Below, piece by piece: positions 18,226-27,944 of a DNA stretch of 64,000 bases; positions within the stretch are counted from its first letter, which is position 1, and each line of letters begins with the position of its first letter. The stretch lies in NCBI GenBank assembly GCA_964568075.1, contig CAZMOM010000009.1, positions 22,016 through 86,015 of the forward strand, given 5' to 3'. The translations under genes and the position numbers were made by a program. The notes below the pieces were generated by a model, which had not been told where the DNA came from, did no database searches, and was given only the letters and a program-made list of their open reading frames with translations. Source of the DNA: an uncultured Gammaproteobacteria bacterium. GTDB taxonomy: Bacteria > Pseudomonadota > Gammaproteobacteria > Steroidobacterales > MnTg04.

Positions 18226-19249
18226 GCCGCTCCTGGCGGTATGCGCCGTACTGCTGACCTCTTCTTGCCAGCCCCGGTTATCGACCTGGCATACCGAATT
18301 CCTCGCCTTCGGCACGACGATCGAACTGTCAGTCTGGGGCGTACCGGATGCAGCCGCCTATGCGGCCGGCGAAGAAATCAGACACATGTTCGAAACTTTG
18401 CATCATCGTTGGCATCCTTGGGACACGGGCGCCTTGGGGGTATTCAACTCGGGCCTGATGAACGAGGGAACCGCGACTGGCGATGAGGAGCTGAAGCAGA
18501 CGATTCGACGGGCGCTGGGGTACTCACAACTCAGTGGCGGCCTGTTTCAGCCCGGGGTAGCCGCCCTGGTCAGGAAATGGGGATTTAACGAGGCTAAGCC
18601 GGGGACGATGCCCCCCGACCCGGAAGAACTGCACAGGCTGCTGCGATCCATCCCGCGCTACGAGGAGATCGCCTGGCAAAACGGGCGTCTGATTTCGCCA
18701 CGGCCGGGGTGGGCTGTCGATTTGGGAGGCCTCGCCAAGGGCGTGGCGGTCGACCGGGCGATCAAGCTGTTAAGGCAGGCCGGTATCGATAACGCCATCA
18801 TCAATGCCGGGGGTGACCTCAGAGCCATCGGCAGCCCTGGCCGGCGCTCATGGCGGATTGGCATACGAAATCCCCGTGGACCTGGCGTCATCGCCGGCAT
18901 CTTGATCCAGGATGATGAAAGCGTTTTTACTTCCGGGGATTATGAGCGTTACTTCGAATTTCAGGGCCGGCGTTATCATCACATTCTTGATCCACGGACC
19001 GGCTACCCGGCCGCAGAGACCATGTCGGTAACCGTAATCGGGAAAGACGGCGCGACCGCGGATGCGGCGGCAACCGCTTTGTTCGTGGCGGGGCCTGGCG
19101 AGTGGTCAGCGGTCGCCGACTCGATGGGAATCCACGAGGTCATGTTGATTGCCAGCGATGGCCATATAGAAATGACAGCCGAAATGGCCGCCAGGATTCA
19201 GCTCCAGGTGGCCGACGGAACAGCGATCAGCATTGTCGGCCAGCACTGA
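18206..19249 (+). CDS. apbE: FAD:protein FMN transferase (ApbE family lipoprotein)
   Basis: Lipobox-like TSSC, AFGTT, DLGGLAKG, NAGGDL, TSGDYER, HHILDPRTGYP and ADAAATA. Confidence 0.93.
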   Translation: MRCRAIKPLLAVCAVLLTSSCQPRLSTWHTEFLAFGTTIELSVWGVPDAAAYAAGEEIRHMFETLHHRWHPWDTGALGVFNSGLMNEGTATGDEELKQTIRRALGYSQLSGGLFQPGVAALVRKWGFNEAKPGTMPPDPEELHRLLRSIPRYEEIAWQNGRLISPRPGWAVDLGGLAKGVAVDRAIKLLRQAGIDNAIINAGGDLRAIGSPGRRSWRIGIRNPRGPGVIAGILIQDDESVFTSGDYERYFEFQGRRYHHILDPRTGYPAAETMSVTVIGKDGATADAAATALFVAGPGEWSAVADSMGIHEVMLIASDGHIEMTAEMAARIQLQVADGTAISIVGQH

Positions 19250-19297
19250 CGTGGCCGCTGTCATATAATGGGCGGCGCCTCGACGACGGAAAAGCGG

Positions 19298-20167
19298 ATG
19301 AGCGAAGAGCCTGCAACAGGCAACAGCATCAAGGACAGAATGGTCACCACTCTGTTTGTCGCCGCCGTATTTCACGGCATCGTCATTCTCGGGGTCACGT
19401 TTGCTCCCGTGCTCCCATCGGATCAGCCGTATCAACCCTCGCTACAAGTCGCCCTGCTGGTTAACCCGACCGATGACCTGAAAAAAAGGGAAGCTGAGTA
19501 TCAGGCGCAGACCAGTCAGACCGGTAGCGGTACGGCGGCCGAAGAGAACTCACCGGCGACGCCGCTGCCCGTTCCTGCGAGCCTGCCACAGGATGGCATG
19601 CCCGGCGCCAGTGATCTCGAACTGACCGATCCGGGTCAGCGTGTACAACAAAGAGAATTGCTCGCGAGCAGGGCCGAAAGTGACCGTAAGGTCAGCACGG
19701 TTCCGGATCCCAGCGAGCAACCCGCGATAACGCGCCAGCGCCCGACCGATCGCCAGCAAAACGACCTCAGCCTGGATGTGATTGCCGATATTGATGAGAC
19801 CGCGAGACTTTCAGGTCAGCGAGAATTACTGATTACGGCCGACACCACCGCTTCAGATATTGCTGTATATCTGGATTCATGGAGACGCAAGATCGAAAAA
19901 GTCGGAACACAGAATTTTCCGGTGGACACCAACGACGCAATCAACCCCACCCTGGAGGTAGTGGTCCAATCCGATGGCCTGCTGCGCGAAATCATCGTAC
20001 TGCGGTCGTCGGGACAAAAGCATCTGGACGAAGCGGCGCTGAGAATCCTGCGACTTGCCGCGCCTTTTGATCCATTTCCGGATGATCTGCGGAAGAAGTA
20101 TGACGTAGTCCGGTTCGCCTACGAGTGGCAGTTCATCTCGAATGCGCAGGAGAGAGCACACAGGTAA
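19298..20167 (+). CDS. tonB: TonB family energy transducer (TonB3-like position)
   Basis: N-terminal TM with SxxH-like AVFH, Pro-rich linker, C-terminal TonB domain (SSGQKHLDEAALRILRLAAPFDPFP). Syntenic with the gshB-tonB-algH block. Confidence 0.8.
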   Translation: MSEEPATGNSIKDRMVTTLFVAAVFHGIVILGVTFAPVLPSDQPYQPSLQVALLVNPTDDLKKREAEYQAQTSQTGSGTAAEENSPATPLPVPASLPQDGMPGASDLELTDPGQRVQQRELLASRAESDRKVSTVPDPSEQPAITRQRPTDRQQNDLSLDVIADIDETARLSGQRELLITADTTASDIAVYLDSWRRKIEKVGTQNFPVDTNDAINPTLEVVVQSDGLLREIIVLRSSGQKHLDEAALRILRLAAPFDPFPDDLRKKYDVVRFAYEWQFISNAQERAHR

Positions 20168-20226
20168 CGCCGGCGGCGACCGAAAAATACCGAATCTTGT
20201 TACTGCGAATCGCTTATAATAAAGAC

Positions 20227-20790
20227 ATGTCCAACGATACTTTTTTAAACGACCAGTTTCTAATTGCGATGCCGGCGCTCGGCGACCCGAATTTCCAGCG
20301 CAGTGTTACCTATATTTGCGAGCACAATGAGCAGGGCGCGCTGGGTATTACCATCAACCGGCCAATGAATCTCTGCCTGGTGGACATTTTTGAGCAGCTC
20401 AAACTGGAGCACAGCCCGACCGTCGGCGGTACGACGCCGGTGTTGCTCGGTGGGCCGGTACAGCAGGAAAGAGGATTTATTTTGCACCCGCCTGGCGGCA
20501 ACTGGGACTCGACGATGGAGACCGGAGAAAACGTACAGGTCACAACTTCGCAGGATGTCTTACAGGCGATGGCTCGTGGCGAGGGCCCGGAAAAGGCGAT
20601 CGTTGCCCTCGGCTACGCCGGCTGGACGGCAGGGCAGCTGGAGCAGGAAGTGGCTGAAAATTCCTGGCTGACGGTTCCGGCCACCAGTGACATCCTCTTC
20701 GATACGCCGTATGAAAAGAGATGGGAATCTGCCGTGGCGTTGCTGGGTGTCGATGTGAAAAACATCAGTAATTACGCCGGCCATGCCTGA
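20227..20790 (+). CDS. yqgE: YqgE/AlgH family protein
   Basis: FLIAMPALGDPNF, ICEHNEQGALG..INRP, GGPVQQERGF, LGYAGWTAGQLEQE. Start re-called to ATG 20227. Confidence 0.95.
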   Translation: MSNDTFLNDQFLIAMPALGDPNFQRSVTYICEHNEQGALGITINRPMNLCLVDIFEQLKLEHSPTVGGTTPVLLGGPVQQERGFILHPPGGNWDSTMETGENVQVTTSQDVLQAMARGEGPEKAIVALGYAGWTAGQLEQEVAENSWLTVPATSDILFDTPYEKRWESAVALLGVDVKNISNYAGHA

Positions 20791-21280
20791 GACCCCCCCC
20801 GGTGGGCAGGACGGCACAGCCGTCTCCACAAGAATCAACGCGAAAGATCTACAGGGCACGCTGCTTGCTTTCGATTTCGGACTCAAGCGAATTGGCGTCG
20901 CAGTCGCTGAAACAATACTCGGCAACGCACGTGGCCTAGGTGTCGTTAATCACTCGGAGAGCGGACCCGACTGGTCCGCAATCGACGATCTCCTGAAAGA
21001 TTGGCAACCGGTGCTACTGCTCGTCGGATACCCGTGCAACATGGATGGCAGCCCCAGCGAAATGTCGGATCGGGCGCTGGAGTTTGCCGGTGAGCTGAAA
21101 AAGCGTAGCCGGATTCCCGTCGAGCCCGTCGATGAAAGGCTTAGCTCCAGTGAGGCGATGGACCAGTTGCGCCAGCAACGTCGAGATGGACTGCGTAAAA
21201 GACGGATCAACAAGGAATTGATCGACCAGGAGGCGGCTCGTCTGCTTTTGCAACAGTGGCTGACTGAGTCCGCTGGATGA
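20783..21280 (+). CDS. ruvX: Holliday junction resolvase-like / pre-16S rRNA nuclease
   Basis: LAFDFGLKRIGVA, VGYP, VDERLSS, ID..AA..LL. Confidence 0.93.
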   Translation: MPETPPGGQDGTAVSTRINAKDLQGTLLAFDFGLKRIGVAVAETILGNARGLGVVNHSESGPDWSAIDDLLKDWQPVLLLVGYPCNMDGSPSEMSDRALEFAGELKKRSRIPVEPVDERLSSSEAMDQLRQQRRDGLRKRRINKELIDQEAARLLLQQWLTESAG

Positions 21281-22314
21281 CAATGGCGAAGCGATTCATT
21301 AGGATGCGCACGGCACCGGGTAACGGTATCCAACCAGTCCAGCCGGAGCGGCAATCAGACGTGAATGAACAGGTCGACAGTCAGGGTCGGTTACACCACC
21401 TGGTCTCACTTGAGGGGCTCGGAGAGACTTTGCTGACCCAGTTGATGGATCGGGCCGAAAAATATCTTCTCGCGCCGGGACGTCCCGGGCCCGGCGATGG
21501 CTCCCTGCGGGGCTTGACCGTGTGTCACCTTTTTTTCGAAGCGAGCACGAGGACCCAGATATCTTTCGAACTCGCGGCCAGACGACAGGGTGCCGCGGTC
21601 GTAAATCTTGCCGTCCCTGCCTCTTCCGCAATCAAGGGCGAAACCGCACTGGATACGTTACAGACGATCCAGGCGATGGCCGTCGAATTTTTCGTGGTCC
21701 GCCACCAAGAAACGGGATTGATGCGGTCGATCGCGAGAACCCTGGGGCAGGAGGCAAGCGTAATCAGTGCCGGTGAGGGCCACCGATCACACCCTACCCA
21801 GGGCCTGCTCGATGCGTTGACCATTCGACAACACAAGAAAAAATTTGCAGACCTCAGCATTGCCATCGTTGGAGACATCCGTCACTCAAGGGTTGCCCGC
21901 TCCGCTTGCCATGCTCTGCTGGAGCTCGGTGTCCATGACCTGCGGCTGGTCGCGCCCGAAAACCTGCTGCCAGATGCCGACGAACTGACTCATACGCGGC
22001 GCTATTCAGATTGTGATACAGGGATCGCTGATTGCGACGTGGTTATGATGCTGCGTATCCAGAAAGAAAGAATGAACTCCGCGGACATTCCGGATCTGGA
22101 TAAATACAGGCAGCTCTACGGCCTGACCGCGCGACGGCTAAAACTCGCCAAGGATGACGCCATCGTCATGCACCCCGGCCCGATAAATCGCGGTATAGAG
22201 ATGGATGACGAAGTCGCCGACGGTTGTCAGTCCGTGGTGCGTCAGCAGGTCGGTAATGGTGTCGCAATTCGTATGGCCGTACTCGCGGCGATCGCGGAAG
22301 GCAAGAAATCTTGA
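21277..22314 (+). CDS. pyrB: aspartate carbamoyltransferase catalytic subunit
   Basis: FFEASTRT, KGET, HPTQGLLD, GDIRHSRVARS, LRIQKER, HPGPINRG. Start either ATG 21277 (ATGA overlap with ruvX) or GTG 21361. Confidence 0.95.
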   Translation: MTMAKRFIRMRTAPGNGIQPVQPERQSDVNEQVDSQGRLHHLVSLEGLGETLLTQLMDRAEKYLLAPGRPGPGDGSLRGLTVCHLFFEASTRTQISFELAARRQGAAVVNLAVPASSAIKGETALDTLQTIQAMAVEFFVVRHQETGLMRSIARTLGQEASVISAGEGHRSHPTQGLLDALTIRQHKKKFADLSIAIVGDIRHSRVARSACHALLELGVHDLRLVAPENLLPDADELTHTRRYSDCDTGIADCDVVMMLRIQKERMNSADIPDLDKYRQLYGLTARRLKLAKDDAIVMHPGPINRGIEMDDEVADGCQSVVRQQVGNGVAIRMAVLAAIAEGKKS

Positions 22315-23201
22315 GCGGCTATGGCAGGAAGCATCGTGATACGATTTTTATTGAAGACGCCAGCGTTATTTCCCAGCAGGAATACGACGGTCAGCAGTAC
22401 ATTATTCGACTGCACGCACCCCAATGCGCCGGCACTGCCAGGCCGGGGACATTCGTCCATGTCTGTTGCGATCCGGCGGTGCCGATGCGACGACCGTTGT
22501 CCATCATGCGTGCCAGTAGAGAGGATGGCTGGTTGGAGCTGTTTTATAAGGTCATCGGCCACGGCTTGCAGCACTTGTCCTCGCGGCGCAAAGGCGACTC
22601 CATCAGCATCATGGGCCCGATAGGAAGACCTTTTGTTGCCGGTGCACAGTGTTCCAGGCCCTTGCTGATCGGCGGCGGTGTTGGCATTCCGCCGATGATT
22701 TTCCTTGCGGAGACATTGATCGACGGATCGGGTGAAGCTATGAAACCCGTGGTTCTCATGGGTTCTGAGCTGCCTTTTCCTTTCGCAGCGGTCAAATCAA
22801 CATTACCAGTCCCAGGCCTCGGCAGGGAGAGCAGTCACGCAATGCCATTACTGGAATCCATGGGAATACCGTCGAGGCTGGCGAGCGGGTCCGGGTACGA
22901 AGGATGTTATGAAGGCTTTGTCACTGAGCTTGCCAGACAGTGGCTTGACTCGTTGAGTCTCGAAGAACTGGGTAGAGTAGAGATTTTCGCCTGCGGTCCA
23001 GTCCAGATGCTGAAAGCCTGCGCCGATCTTGCCCGAAGTTTCAATCTTCCTTGCCAGATTTCACTGGAGGAATTCATGGCCTGCGCGGTCGGTGGTTGCG
23101 CTGGCTGCACCGTGGAAATTCACGACGAAGAAAGAATTACGATGCAGCGAGTCTGCGTGGACGGACCGGTTTTCGATTCCCGCGCCGTTTACCCGCAGTA
23201 A
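22311..23201 (+). CDS. pyrK: dihydroorotate dehydrogenase electron transfer subunit (FAD/NAD, 2Fe-2S)
   Basis: RRPLSI, GPIG, IGGGVGIPP, ACGP, EEFMACAVGGCAGC...VCVDGPVF. Confidence 0.85.
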   Translation: MSGYGRKHRDTIFIEDASVISQQEYDGQQYIIRLHAPQCAGTARPGTFVHVCCDPAVPMRRPLSIMRASREDGWLELFYKVIGHGLQHLSSRRKGDSISIMGPIGRPFVAGAQCSRPLLIGGGVGIPPMIFLAETLIDGSGEAMKPVVLMGSELPFPFAAVKSTLPVPGLGRESSHAMPLLESMGIPSRLASGSGYEGCYEGFVTELARQWLDSLSLEELGRVEIFACGPVQMLKACADLARSFNLPCQISLEEFMACAVGGCAGCTVEIHDEERITMQRVCVDGPVFDSRAVYPQ

Positions 23202-23213
23202 TGCGTCCTGTTA

Positions 23214-24269
23214 TCAGCCAAAATTGATTTTTGTTTCAAGATTGGTTCGCGAATCTGCATTGGCAAGCGCTTCCTCGAGATCGATTCGCCCATCCCGGAA
23301 AAGGCTATATAGCGCGGTATCGAAATCCTGTATACCGGCCTCGTCGCTATTTGACAGGGCTTCCTTGACGCCCGATATGTCTCCCTTCAGCGTCAGCTCG
23401 GCGATGTGCGGCGTTTGCAGCATCACTTCGACCGCGGCGACACGCCGCTTGTCTTTGCCCATGACCAGCCGCTGGGAAATAACCGCTTTCAGGTAATGGG
23501 ACAAGTCCATGAATATTTGCTTTTGCTGCTCGACCGCATACAGATTGATGATTCGGTCAAGCGTCTCCGGTGCATTGTTGGCATGCAGGGTTGCGATGGC
23601 GAGGTGTCCTGTGCCGGCCAGTGTCAGTGCCGCGTTCATCGTCAGGCGATCGCGTATTTCACCTATCTGAATCACATCAGGGGCGGCTCGCATCGCGCTA
23701 CGCAGAGCGACTTCATATGATTTCGTATCCAGACCCAGCTCACGCTGATTAATAATGCACTTCCGGTTGGGGTGAAGAAATTCGATAGGGTCTTCAATGG
23801 TAATAATATGTTCGGACACACTTTCGTTACGATGATTGACCATCGCGGCCAGGGTTGTTGACTTACCCGAGCCCGTTGCGCCGACCATCAGAATCAGGCC
23901 ACGTTTGATCATCGCCAGTTTTTTTAACACCAGCGGCAAGCCGAGATCGTCCAACCGCGGCATTTCAGACGTTACATAGCGCAACACCATGGCCACGTTG
24001 CCGCGCTGGTGAAAAACATTAGCCCTGAACCGCCCGAGGCCTGGTTCCGATATGGCGAAATCGACTTCCAAGTGTTTGTTGAAATGCTCGATCTGCTCTT
24101 CGTTCATCAAGCCAAGCGCGGCCTGTTTGACCATCTTTGGTGTCAGCTCGATCTTGTTAACACTCATGATGCGGCCCTCGATCTTGATTTTGACCGGCGC
24201 ATAGGTAGTGAAAAACAAGTCTGAGGCGCTTTTTTCCACCATCAGTTTAAAAAGTGGTTTGGTGTTCAT
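23214..24269 (-). CDS. PilU-like type IV pilus retraction ATPase (second paralog)
   Basis: ASDLFF, Walker A GATGSGKSTT, TIEDPIE, Walker B DVIQIGEIRD, His box TLHAN, DRIIN, EAL.NADS. Confidence 0.9.
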   Translation of the reverse strand: MNTKPLFKLMVEKSASDLFFTTYAPVKIKIEGRIMSVNKIELTPKMVKQAALGLMNEEQIEHFNKHLEVDFAISEPGLGRFRANVFHQRGNVAMVLRYVTSEMPRLDDLGLPLVLKKLAMIKRGLILMVGATGSGKSTTLAAMVNHRNESVSEHIITIEDPIEFLHPNRKCIINQRELGLDTKSYEVALRSAMRAAPDVIQIGEIRDRLTMNAALTLAGTGHLAIATLHANNAPETLDRIINLYAVEQQKQIFMDLSHYLKAVISQRLVMGKDKRRVAAVEVMLQTPHIAELTLKGDISGVKEALSNSDEAGIQDFDTALYSLFRDGRIDLEEALANADSRTNLETKINFG

Positions 24270-24325
24270 CCTTAATACCCGCTCAAATATTCCTTATGCT
24301 GATTCCCGCCCCGCCGAGGGCACTC

Positions 24326-25477
24326 CTAGCGTTCATCACCGACCACCGAGAGATCTTCCGCTGCGGCATCGCCGGACGATGAATCACGATTACTTTCAAG
24401 TTTGATGCGCAGACGCAGCTCATTCTTGGAATCGGCGTTGCGCATCGCGTCGTCATGGGAAATCGTGGCGGATTCATACAGGCTAAACAGCGCCTGATCA
24501 AATGTCTGCATGCCCAGCCGGTTCGATTTGGCCATAATTTCCTTTAACTGATGGACTTCACCGCGGAGTATCAGGTCGTTGACCAACGGTGAGGCCAGCA
24601 AGATTTCCATCGCCGCGACGCGGCCCTTGGTGCCTTCGCGCGGAATTAATCGTTGCGAGATCAACGCTATGATATTCAAAGACAAATCCATCAGCAACTG
24701 ACTGCGCCGTTCATCCGGAAAGAAGTTAATGATGCGATCCAGCGCCTGGTTGGAACTGTTTGCATGTAAGGTCGCCAGGCACAAGTGACCGGTTTCGGCA
24801 AACTGGATCCCATATTCCATGGTTTCGCGATCCCGGATTTCGCCGATCAATATGACATCGGGCGCCTGGCGTAAAGCATTTTTCAGAGCGAAGTGCCACG
24901 ATTCCGTGTCTACGCCCACCTCACGCTGAGTGACGACGCAACTCACGTGCGAATGCACATACTCGACCGGGTCCTCGATCGTAATGATGTGCCCATGAGT
25001 GTTGGCGTTGCGATAACCGATCATCGCGGCCAGTGTCGTCGATTTACCCGAACCGGTGCCGCCGACGATAATGGCCAGTCCGCGCTTGTTCATCACGACG
25101 TCGCTCAGTTGACTTGGCAGTTCGAGTTCATCTAGCGTGGGGATCCTGGTAACAATCGTTCTGAGCACGGCGCCGGTGTAGCCCTGCTGAACAAAGGCGC
25201 TTACCCGAAAACGGCCTATACCTTTCGGGTTGATCGCGAAATTACATTCCCTGGTGGAATCGAATTGCCGGGTTTGCTTGTCGTTCATAATCGACCGTAC
25301 GATCAGCGCACTTTGTTCGGAGCTCAACGCCTTTTCCATCACCGGCATTACCTCGCCGTCGACTTTGATCGCCGGCGGAAATCCTCTGGTAATAAACAAA
25401 TCAGAACCATTCACCTGAATCATGCGGCGAAGCAGATCCTGCATCAGCTTGGTCGCTTGTTCCCGTTCCATTGCCAT
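24326..25477 (-). CDS. pilU: type IV pilus retraction ATPase PilU
   Basis: GSDLFIT.GFPP, GGTGSGKSTT, TIEDPVE, ALRQAPDVILIGEIRD, TLHANSSNQALDRIINFFP, RNADSKNELRL. Confidence 0.93.
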   Translation of the reverse strand: MAMEREQATKLMQDLLRRMIQVNGSDLFITRGFPPAIKVDGEVMPVMEKALSSEQSALIVRSIMNDKQTRQFDSTRECNFAINPKGIGRFRVSAFVQQGYTGAVLRTIVTRIPTLDELELPSQLSDVVMNKRGLAIIVGGTGSGKSTTLAAMIGYRNANTHGHIITIEDPVEYVHSHVSCVVTQREVGVDTESWHFALKNALRQAPDVILIGEIRDRETMEYGIQFAETGHLCLATLHANSSNQALDRIINFFPDERRSQLLMDLSLNIIALISQRLIPREGTKGRVAAMEILLASPLVNDLILRGEVHQLKEIMAKSNRLGMQTFDQALFSLYESATISHDDAMRNADSKNELRLRIKLESNRDSSSGDAAAEDLSVVGDER

Positions 25478-25496
25478 ATCGACGCTCCGCTAAACC

Positions 25497-26543
25497 CTAA
25501 ATGGTTTCCTTGTTGGCAGCCTTGAACCTGGCCTCTTCCTTGCTGACCATGCCCATCCGGGTCAGGTCCTGAAGACATTGGTCCAGCGTTTGCATACCCA
25601 TGTTCTGACCGGTCTGAATCGCCGAATACATCTGCGCGATTTTACCTTCGCGAATCAGGTTTCTGATCGCGGGCGTACCGATCATGATTTCATGCGCCGC
25701 GATCCGGCCACCGCCGATCTTTTTCAGCAAAGTTTGTGAAATGACGGCACGTAGTGATTCGGACAGCATGGATCGCACCATTTCCTTTTCTTCCCCCGGA
25801 AAGACGTCAACGATCCGATCGATCGTCTTGGCGGCTGAACTCGTATGCACCGTACCGAAAACGAGGTGGCCTGTTTCCGCCGCGGTCAGGGCCAGCCGGA
25901 TGGTTTCCAGGTCACGCATTTCGCCGATAAGAATGACATCCGGATCCTCACGCAAAGCAGAGCGCATCGCCTCGTTGAAACCCAGCGTGTCACGGTGTAC
26001 CTCGCGCTGGTTGATCAGTGCGCGACGGCTCTCGTGCACAAATTCGATCGGGTCCTCGATGGTAATAATATGATCCGGCTTGTTGTCGTTGATATAGTCG
26101 ATCAGTGCGGCCAGCGTAGTTGATTTGCCGGACCCCGTCGGTCCGGTCACCAGCACCAGCCCTCTCGGGTACATGGCCACATCTTTGAAAATTTTTGGCG
26201 CCTGCAAATCCTCCAGCGACAAGATTTCCGACGGAATGGTTCTGAATACGGCAGCCGCTCCCCGATGCTGGTTATAGGCATTTACGCGGAACCGGGCCAG
26301 CTGCGGAATCTCAAAGGAAAAGTCGGTTTCGAAGAATTCCTCATAATCCTTACGCTGCTTGTCATTCATGATGTCGTAAATCATCGCGTGCACGTCTTTA
26401 TGGGACAATGCGGGCATATTGATTCGTTTTACGTCACCATCCACTCGGATAAGCGGCGGCATTTCTGCTGACAAATGAAGGTCTGACGCCTTATTTTTCA
26501 CCGAAAACGTCAAGAGTTGTGCAATATCAGCAGCCACATTCAA
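25497..26543 (-). CDS. pilT: type IV pilus retraction ATPase PilT
   Basis: DIAQLLTFSVKNKASDLHLS, GPTGSGKSTT, ALREDPD, AIRNLIRE and GMQTLDQ. Likely start GTG 26537. Confidence 0.97.
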   Translation of the reverse strand: MNVAADIAQLLTFSVKNKASDLHLSAEMPPLIRVDGDVKRINMPALSHKDVHAMIYDIMNDKQRKDYEEFFETDFSFEIPQLARFRVNAYNQHRGAAAVFRTIPSEILSLEDLQAPKIFKDVAMYPRGLVLVTGPTGSGKSTTLAALIDYINDNKPDHIITIEDPIEFVHESRRALINQREVHRDTLGFNEAMRSALREDPDVILIGEMRDLETIRLALTAAETGHLVFGTVHTSSAAKTIDRIVDVFPGEEKEMVRSMLSESLRAVISQTLLKKIGGGRIAAHEIMIGTPAIRNLIREGKIAQMYSAIQTGQNMGMQTLDQCLQDLTRMGMVSKEEARFKAANKETI

Positions 26544-26637
26544 ATTCCTGTAGTCAAAGCGTCAAATACGGTAATTCTGGCCCATAACTGTCTAAAACCA
26601 GCGATGCTCAGTATAGCGAACCCAGCTTAAGTAAAAC

Positions 26638-27324
26638 ATGACGAACGTCACACAGAATATGTCGGGACTGACACTGCGAATCCGGCGGGCTTGCGAAAAC
26701 AGTGGCCGCGACCCGGATTCGGTCAGGCTGCTGGCGGTCAGCAAGAAAAATCCGGCGGCAGCAATAAGAACGGCCTTTGCCGCCGGTCAGATCGATTTTG
26801 GGGAAAATATCGTCCAGGAGGCGCTGGTCAAGCAAAAACAACTCCGGGACCTACAGATCGAATGGCATTTTATCGGTCGCATTCAAAGCAACAAGACGCG
26901 CGATATCGCTGCCGCTTTCAGCTGGGCGCACGGTGTCGATCGGCTTCGTGTTGCCAAACTGCTGAATAAGTACCGGCAACCGGATCAACCACGGTTAAAT
27001 ATCTGCCTGCAGGTCGCGTTGGCCGATGAGCCGGGGAAATCCGGCGTGAAGCCGGATGCGCTGGTGACCCTCGCTGGCGAAATCGCTGACTTACCGCGTC
27101 TGCGACTGAGAGGGCTCATGTGTATTCCGCCACCGTCCGCGGATCCGGCCCGGCAGCGCCACTGGTTTGCACGGCTCGCTGAAATGCGCGACCAGCTGAA
27201 TGGCCAGGGCTTTGCCCTGGACACCTTATCGATGGGAATGAGCAATGATCTTGAGGCGGCGATCGCCGAGGGAGCGACATTGATCAGGATTGGGACGGCA
27301 TTTTTTGGCGCACGGCCAGGCTGA
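26638..27324 (+). CDS. yggS: PLP homeostasis protein (YggS/PipY)
   Basis: LLAVSKK (PLP Lys), FGEN..QE, WHFIG.IQSNK, LRGLMCIP, LSMGMSND, RIGTAFFG. Confidence 0.95.
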   Translation: MTNVTQNMSGLTLRIRRACENSGRDPDSVRLLAVSKKNPAAAIRTAFAAGQIDFGENIVQEALVKQKQLRDLQIEWHFIGRIQSNKTRDIAAAFSWAHGVDRLRVAKLLNKYRQPDQPRLNICLQVALADEPGKSGVKPDALVTLAGEIADLPRLRLRGLMCIPPPSADPARQRHWFARLAEMRDQLNGQGFALDTLSMGMSNDLEAAIAEGATLIRIGTAFFGARPG

Positions 27325-27416
27325 CCCGAACGAACGCGGGAACACGTGATGATTGAACCGATTGCCGGCCGTGCTATGTTTAGCTGTACTTTCTTGAGTA
27401 GGAACGCTGCGCAACG

Positions 27417-27944
27417 ATGAACGCGATTTCTTTTCTGGTGTCCACGATCGGCGATCTGTATATCTTGTGTTTCCTGTTGCGATTTCTATTGCAATGGGTC
27501 AAAGCGGATTTTCATAATCCTTTGTCGAAATTTGTCGTCAGCGTTACCGGACCACTGGTGCGCCCGGTTAGAAGAATTATCCCCGGGTGGAAGGGGCTCG
27601 ATCTGGCCACCATTATCGTCGCCCTGGCGCTGGAGCTCGCTCTGACTGTGCTTTTGCTTACGATCAATGGCCTGTCGACACCATCCGCCGATATCTTGCT
27701 TTTGTTGGTACTACAAAGGTTTTTGCTTAATGGACTGCGTCTTTTCTTCTTCGCCGTTTTGATTCGAGCGATATTGAGCTGGGTCGGGTCCGCTGGTTAC
27801 AGCCCGGTCACGGCCATACTGGTGTCTTTGACCGAGCCGCTGATCAGGCCGATAAGGCGTCTGCTGCCGCCAGTCGGCGGTCTGGATCTGGCTCCGCTGT
27901 TCGTGTTGCTGGCCCTGCAGGCGCTGATCCTCGCAGTGAGTTGA
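27417..27944 (+). CDS. yggT: YggT family membrane protein
   Basis: Duplicated YGGT repeat (ADFHNPLS..V..VT.PLV.P.RR..P and LTEPLIRPIRRLLPPVGGLDLAP). Confidence 0.92.
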   Translation: MNAISFLVSTIGDLYILCFLLRFLLQWVKADFHNPLSKFVVSVTGPLVRPVRRIIPGWKGLDLATIIVALALELALTVLLLTINGLSTPSADILLLLVLQRFLLNGLRLFFFAVLIRAILSWVGSAGYSPVTAILVSLTEPLIRPIRRLLPPVGGLDLAPLFVLLALQALILAVS

